DNA of 10,260 bases from a virus (Duplodnaviria > Heunggongvirae > Uroviricota > Caudoviricetes), in IMG/VR virus record IMGVR_UViG_2737471864_000005; one strand, given 5' to 3'. This document shows, in pieces, positions 6,289 through 10,260 of the stretch. The notes under the pieces are model-generated. The model was not told the DNA's origin. It did not search any database and saw only the letters and a program-made list of their open reading frames with translations. Positions within the stretch are counted from its first letter, which is position 1; each line of letters begins with the position of its first letter. The position numbers and the translations under genes are program-made.

Positions 6289-6828
6289 ATGAGCAATATC
6301 GGTTATAAGCGTGTGAGCACTGTAGATCAGAACACTGATCGCCAGCTTGCAGGAGTAACGCTTGATAAAGTCTTTGAAGATAAGCTGTCAGGTAAAGACA
6401 CTAACCGTCCAGGATTGCAGGCGTGTTTATCCTATCTGAGAGAAGGCGACACCTTACACGTCCACTCTCTTGATCGTTTAGGGCGTAACACCTTAGACAT
6501 TCTGGAGTTAATCAAACAATTGAATGATCGAGGTGTAATTGTTCGCTTTCACAAAGAAGGAATCATTGCTGACATTACAAGCGCGATGGGAAAGATGATG
6601 CTTACGATGTTGTCGGCAGTTGCAACGTGTGAACGTGAACTGATGTTAGAGCGTAAACGAGAAGCGCAAGCCGTCAATCCTACAAAGCGTGGTAAAGGGA
6701 AGGCAGTAGATAGGGAAGGTATAAAGAAAGCCCTTTCCGCTGGAGTGTCAGTGCGTAAAACCGCCGAGAGCTTTAATGTTGCTCCTTCAACGGTGCAACG
6801 TATCAAGAAGGAAGAAGAGGAGGCGTAA
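6289..6828 (+). CDS. Small serine recombinase, resolvase/invertase family
   Basis: 179 aa. N-terminal GYKRVSTVDQ with catalytic-serine context, DRLGRN, GKMMLTMLSAVATCERELMLER helix, and C-terminal HTH-like tail resembling gamma-delta/Tn3 resolvase. GAGGA SD 4 nt upstream. Confidence 0.85.
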   Translation: MSNIGYKRVSTVDQNTDRQLAGVTLDKVFEDKLSGKDTNRPGLQACLSYLREGDTLHVHSLDRLGRNTLDILELIKQLNDRGVIVRFHKEGIIADITSAMGKMMLTMLSAVATCERELMLERKREAQAVNPTKRGKGKAVDREGIKKALSAGVSVRKTAESFNVAPSTVQRIKKEEEEA

Positions 6829-6836
6829 TGCCTCCT
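6818..6836 (+). terminator. Hairpin overlapping the recombinase stop codon
   Basis: AGGAGGC-GTAAT-GCCTCCT perfect 7-bp stem (6818-6836); downstream T-tract is weak, so terminator function is uncertain. A second hairpin TCTGGA-TTT-TCCAGA lies at 6851-6865. Confidence 0.3.
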
Positions 6837-7155
6837 TGATATTTGGGGATTCTGGATTTTCCAGATCGGGGGGCGCTGATCTTCGCGTTAAACATTGATC
6901 ACGTTTGCGCCGATTTCAGATAAAAAGGCAGCTATTAAGCAATACGTAACTTTTACAATTAGTGAAATTATCTAAAACACAAGTTATATAGATGAGAAAA
7001 TGAAATATTATCTTGAACAAATCAAACAAAACAACACATCATCTTGTTGACACCATGCAAAGTGAATAGTAAGCTATTATATGTGAAAATTTGCACATTG
7101 CATGCAATAAAAAATAAATGATACCTTGTTGTTGTTAAATCAATAGGGGGTATCT

Positions 7156-7314
7156 ATGCGCTTTATCTTATCCATTTTAAAAACCTGCAGAACCACAATT
7201 ACTTTAGCTGTAATTGTTACCATCATATACCTCATCTATTTTACCCCTCGAGATAAAATCGATTCACTAGCGATCATCGTTCATGCAATGGCTACATTAA
7301 CTAAAAAACTTTAA
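7156..7314 (+). CDS. Candidate small membrane peptide (52 aa)
   Basis: Hand translation: MRFILSILKTCRTTITLAVIVTIIYLIYFTPRDKIDSLAIIVHAMATLTKKL. AGGGGG SD 5 nt upstream of ATG. One predicted transmembrane helix. Not in the ORF track, presumably because it is under the length cutoff. Confidence 0.4.
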   Translation: MRFILSILKTCRTTITLAVIVTIIYLIYFTPRDKIDSLAIIVHAMATLTKKL

Positions 7315-7327
7315 TAATTTCACTATC

Positions 7328-7371
7328 AGGCGCACAAACACATCTTTGATTGCTGGATGTGTTATGCGCCT
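7328..7371. other. Long imperfect inverted repeat between two convergent small genes
   Basis: AGGCGCACAAACACATC (7328-7344), 11-nt loop, GATGTGTTATGCGCCT (7356-7371). No clear U-tract on either strand, so it may be a binding site or RNA structure rather than a canonical terminator. Confidence 0.4.
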
Positions 7372-7380
7372 ACTGGTGAT

Positions 7381-7533
7381 TCAATCCTTAAGCCATTTCA
7401 ACTCACTAAGGAGTTTTCTTTCTTCGTTCTCTCGCTGTTTACGCTCTAGCCAGGCTTTTCCCTCTGGCGTAGACAGGAACTTACGAGCGTGAATCTTGCG
7501 GTTATTACGTTTTATAGCTGCAATGTTTTTCAT
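7381..7533 (-). CDS. Candidate small basic protein (50 aa)
   Basis: Hand translation: MKNIAAIKRNNRKIHARKFLSTPEGKAWLERKQRENEERKLLSELKWLKD. AGAGG SD about 7 nt upstream. Highly basic, likely helical. Confidence 0.4.
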   Translation of the reverse strand: MKNIAAIKRNNRKIHARKFLSTPEGKAWLERKQRENEERKLLSELKWLKD

Positions 7534-8355
7534 CGTGTTGCCTCTGTATTCATATGAAAATTAACAAGTTACATACTACACAGGGAGACTACGCATAAAA
7601 CACAATACAAGTAAAGATACATTTTCAAGACAATAGGAGCCATAAAGCGCCTTTGATGGTTATACCAAAAAATAAGCGCCGTAGGCGTATCCACTAAAAG
7701 GGCTTTTTCACAAAAGCTATGAAGTCTTAGCAGTTCTTCTCTTATCAGGCACCCGTTGTACTCCGGTGGACGAAACCGTGCTAGAGCTTGATTCTTTCCC
7801 GATCAAGTTAGGTTTTGAAGAGGTGGGCTTTAATCCACTATTGCACTTAAAACTCTTCCCATCATTTAGCCTGTTTATCCTCTGCAACGTCTCACGACGT
7901 GTGGCATCATTGGACACCGCGCCAGGTGTGGAACATCTTGCTAAGAGTTTTGGTAGAAGGTTTAGAGACGGTGGCACGTCTTCCAGCTTCAAAGGAACTT
8001 GTTACGAGGTTGAGCCTGGGAACTACTCGCCCATACGTGTTACACTACCAAAGCCCATAACAACGTATAGGCGTTTGTAAGTGATAACAGAAGATACAAT
8101 TTCTTAGAGAAGTTAAGCTAAGTTATTGATTTTCTTAATGGTGCGATAATAGGAACAATACACATAGGCGATAAGCTTTGTTTTTGTTGCCTTTTTTATT
8201 GTTCATTTTTTATAGATACCCCCAAAAGTACCCCCATATCTTTTTCCGCCCCTGAAATTTGGTTGTTATTCATACAGCATATCAGGCGGTAACGCTCTCC
8301 CTTTAACCCACTTATTGTATGATAGTGCTATCCCACAATAAGGAATCAGCCAGCC

Positions 8356-8715
8356 ATGAGAATGACCAGTCGCAAAAAAGAGATACTTAGCTACTTTGAA
8401 CCGGATAACCTCGAATGGGTGACTGGTGAGATTGGTGCGCCGCCGTTCGATGTGTCGGGTGTGGCCTACCTGCTTCATGGCATGGTGTCGTTCGATAAGC
8501 GTCACCAGCTCGAATCAACCCGGCACACACTGGAAAGCATGGTTGCTGGTGGACTGCTTGAGCGGGTGACAGTGTATGAATCGCGCCAGATACGGCGCGG
8601 CGGTGATACTAACGCAACGGTCGTGCGCTACGGTTTACCCGGTCAGTGCGCTGTTATGCGCGATACTGGCGGCGCTGACAACGCAATATCAGGTGAATAC
8701 ATGCGGGTCAGTTAA
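8356..8715 (+). CDS. Hypothetical protein (119 aa), enterobacterial-type composition
   Basis: ORF with GC-rich codon usage unlike the AT-rich region to its left; weak AGGA SD. Its 3-prime end overlaps the convergent gene by 8 nt. No family recognised. Confidence 0.5.
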   Translation: MRMTSRKKEILSYFEPDNLEWVTGEIGAPPFDVSGVAYLLHGMVSFDKRHQLESTRHTLESMVAGGLLERVTVYESRQIRRGGDTNATVVRYGLPGQCAVMRDTGGADNAISGEYMRVS

Positions 8716-9250
8716 TAGCCTGCAATCTGTCGTTGATGCGGCTCAGGTCGTAAACCCGGCGTTCAATATCCAGCATCAGGAAATTGTGGATCTCGGCCTG
8801 CTCAGGATTATCAGACTCTCTGGCCTGTAATAGCAATTCATTGTAACCATGCAAGCCGCCTGAGTTTTCCGCCGGGGTGGTGCCTTTCCCACGCAGGCAG
8901 CTAATGGGCTGATTACTCGTATCGTGTGTTTGCTTCTCCAGCACAATGACGCAATCCCACCAGTCGCCAAAGTCATACGTGTAAACCAGCTTGTCACCCT
9001 CATTCTGGAGCGCCGCCCATAGTGGCGTGATTGCCGCGTTACCCATGCTTTCATCCTCACCCCATACGCGATACTCGCTACCTGGATCACCTTTACGCCC
9101 TTTCTCGAACATATACAGGTGTTCGTCATTCCAGCCAAAAGCTAACTGGATCACGGCATGAAGTTTACTAAAGGGGATTTGCTCTGGAACCAGCACACGC
9201 CGCCATATAGGTGGTTTGCTGTCTCGGATGGTTATCTTTAGCTGGTACAT
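8708..9250 (-). CDS. pRiA4b ORF-3-like family protein
   Basis: 180 aa. N-terminal MYQLKITIRDSKPPIWRRVLVP and FGW...YDFGDWW motifs match my memory of the plasmid pRiA4b ORF-3 domain family; assignment is by recall only. Confidence 0.65.
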   Translation of the reverse strand: MYQLKITIRDSKPPIWRRVLVPEQIPFSKLHAVIQLAFGWNDEHLYMFEKGRKGDPGSEYRVWGEDESMGNAAITPLWAALQNEGDKLVYTYDFGDWWDCVIVLEKQTHDTSNQPISCLRGKGTTPAENSGGLHGYNELLLQARESDNPEQAEIHNFLMLDIERRVYDLSRINDRLQAIN

Positions 9251-9370
9251 GCAAATCCTGAATAAATGCGAATCGGAAGGATAACGATACTGACGTACTC
9301 ACAATTCTGTAAAGGTGAATAAAGGAAATTTGCTTAATACGCATAAGTTACATGTGGAATAATCCCATAT

Positions 9371-9556
9371 CTACCTGCGCGGCGCTGGCTTCTTCCACTG
9401 GTAGGCAGGTGCTCGCATCATTTCGCGGAACCTGTCGCGCCGGGCTATATCGGCATTAACTGATCGTTCTATCTCCCGTTGATCTGCCTGTGTAAGCTGG
9501 TGGCCTCCGTGCTCAAGTTTGGCGATGGTCAATAAGGCTATTTCGCGTGGTATCAT
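9371..9556 (-). CDS. Hypothetical small protein (61 aa)
   Basis: ORF with GAGGG SD about 8 nt upstream; charged helical protein, no family recognised. Confidence 0.4.
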   Translation of the reverse strand: MIPREIALLTIAKLEHGGHQLTQADQREIERSVNADIARRDRFREMMRAPAYQWKKPAPRR

Positions 9557-9740
9557 ACGTCATACCCTCTGGAAGGATGAAACACGCCCGGATTAAATTT
9601 CATTTTTCGCGGGTATAAAAAAACGATGGGGCGGGCAGTCCCGGATAGTCAGGGCTGTAGAGATTTGACTACCCCCTCCCCACTGGATTCAGGTTACTGC
9701 TATTCCGTTAAGCGCTGCTTACGGGGATAGCTGCGTTGTG

Positions 9741-9766
9741 ATTTTGACCATTCAGGTCGCCGCTAT
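9741..9766 (-). other. Lambda cosN-like decamer within a repeat-containing non-coding gap
   Basis: Plus 9754-9763 AGGTCGCCGC is the reverse complement of GCGGCGACCT, matching 10 of 12 nt of the lambda cohesive-end sequence GGGCGGCGACCT. Nearby direct repeats of ATTCAGGT and GATTT(T)GAC. Could be chance. Confidence 0.2.
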
Positions 9767-9853
9767 TTCCTCACCGATTGGGTGCTACGCGCGCGCGTAC
9801 TTGTCCCGAAATACCAGAAACCGCCAGCCAGAGGATGATTTCCCTCTGGTGGT

Positions 9854-10135
9854 CTACCTTTGCCTCTTGCCGCCATTTAACCGGAAGGCGTTACCGTTCG
9901 GTTGCGCTATCCCCATGCGGTGTTGCGTTTCGGTAACAGCTTTATGCAGGTCGCCAAATTCCTCAACCTTCACGGGCGGGCGCTTCACGTTCTCCAGACA
10001 CGTTTCACGGCGGCGCTTTATCCATTCCCGATCATCGTCCTCAGTGCATAACAGCATGACTTCCATCCATCGTGCGGCAGCTCTCCGGTATAGCCCTTTT
10101 GACTCCAGCTCTTCAGCTTTCCTGTCCCTTATCAT
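9854..10135 (-). CDS. PerC-family transcriptional regulator-like protein
   Basis: 93 aa. N-terminal pattern AEELESKGLYRRAAARWMEVM...REWIKRRRETCL matches the conserved PerC/Pch N-terminal motif as I recall it. GAGAGG SD 5 nt upstream. Confidence 0.65.
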   Translation of the reverse strand: MIRDRKAEELESKGLYRRAAARWMEVMLLCTEDDDREWIKRRRETCLENVKRPPVKVEEFGDLHKAVTETQHRMGIAQPNGNAFRLNGGKRQR

Positions 10136-10171
10136 TTCTGCCTCTCAGATTATATAGATAAGCAAAAAGGT

Positions 10172-10250
10172 GTTGGTTCAGTTGGTTCAGTTGGTTCAAT
10201 TTGTAAAGATCGTTGTTTTTATTGTGTTTTTTCTGAAATGTTGAACCAAC
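10172..10250. repeat. Three perfect tandem 9-mers GTTGGTTCA plus one inverted copy
   Basis: GTTGGTTCA at 10172-10180, 10181-10189 and 10190-10198; reverse complement TGAACCAAC at 10242-10250. Located upstream of the perC-like gene. Confidence 0.6.
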
Positions 10251-10260
10251 ATCAACTCAT

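Noticed and set aside
6549-6806. Minus-strand ORF of 85 aa
   Set aside because: Antisense within the serine recombinase gene.
7328-7371. Inverted repeat as a bidirectional intrinsic terminator
   Set aside because: The stem is good but there is no U-tract on either strand, so it is listed only as an inverted repeat of unknown function.
7717-8080. Overlapping ORFs 7717..7992 (minus) and 7766..8080 (plus)
   Set aside because: They are mutually exclusive and neither has an RBS or protein-like composition; reported as an unassigned segment instead. I also compared the region by eye with remembered tmRNA, 6S, RNase P and rRNA sequences and saw no match.
8266-9138. ORFs 8266..8505 (minus), 8576..8830 (plus) and 8776..9138 (minus)
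   Set aside because: Each overlaps a better-supported gene on the other strand or in another frame; arginine-rich or low-complexity translations typical of off-frame GC-rich coding DNA.
9738-10157. Plus-strand ORF of 139 aa
   Set aside because: Antisense to the PerC-like gene, with a serine/arginine-rich low-complexity translation.
10136-10160. TATAAT on the minus strand (plus 10149-10154) as the perC-like promoter
   Set aside because: It abuts the SD only about 14 nt from the start codon, leaving no room for a normal leader; not called as a promoter.
1-10260. tRNA or tmRNA attachment site, integrase, or terminal direct repeats delimiting the element
   Set aside because: I found no T-arm-like GTTCGAATC-type sequence, no tyrosine or large serine integrase, and no matching direct repeats within the window; element boundaries cannot be set from this sequence alone.

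Overview
The window reads as a mosaic accessory region with no recognisable defence or metabolic genes. Roughly 1-8300 is visibly AT-rich; roughly 8350-10135 is more GC-rich and carries enterobacterial prophage/plasmid-type genes (PerC-like regulator, pRiA4b ORF-3-like protein). The AT-rich part holds four modules. (1) A compact minus-strand capsid operon (1708 to 90): a 70-aa protein, a putative head-decoration protein, and a lambda gpE-like major capsid protein, closed by an intrinsic terminator, with no portal, protease, scaffold or terminase in view. (2) A minus-strand operon of six small proteins (4338 to 2061), including a ribbon-helix-helix protein and a winged-HTH protein with an acidic linker that may be a replication initiator or organiser. 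(3) An unusually large non-coding region of about 1.95 kb (4339-6288) packed with several repeat classes, an AT-rich tract plus five palindromic iterons (candidate replication origin), and a GC-rich stem-loop island. (4) A small serine recombinase of the resolvase family (6289-6828) with a candidate res site upstream, then two convergent small genes. My leading hypothesis is a mobile element (phage satellite, phage-plasmid or plasmid-derived island) that encodes its own capsid and decoration proteins and an iteron origin; this is inference from gene content only. All family assignments come from reading the translations by eye and recalling motifs, not from searches.
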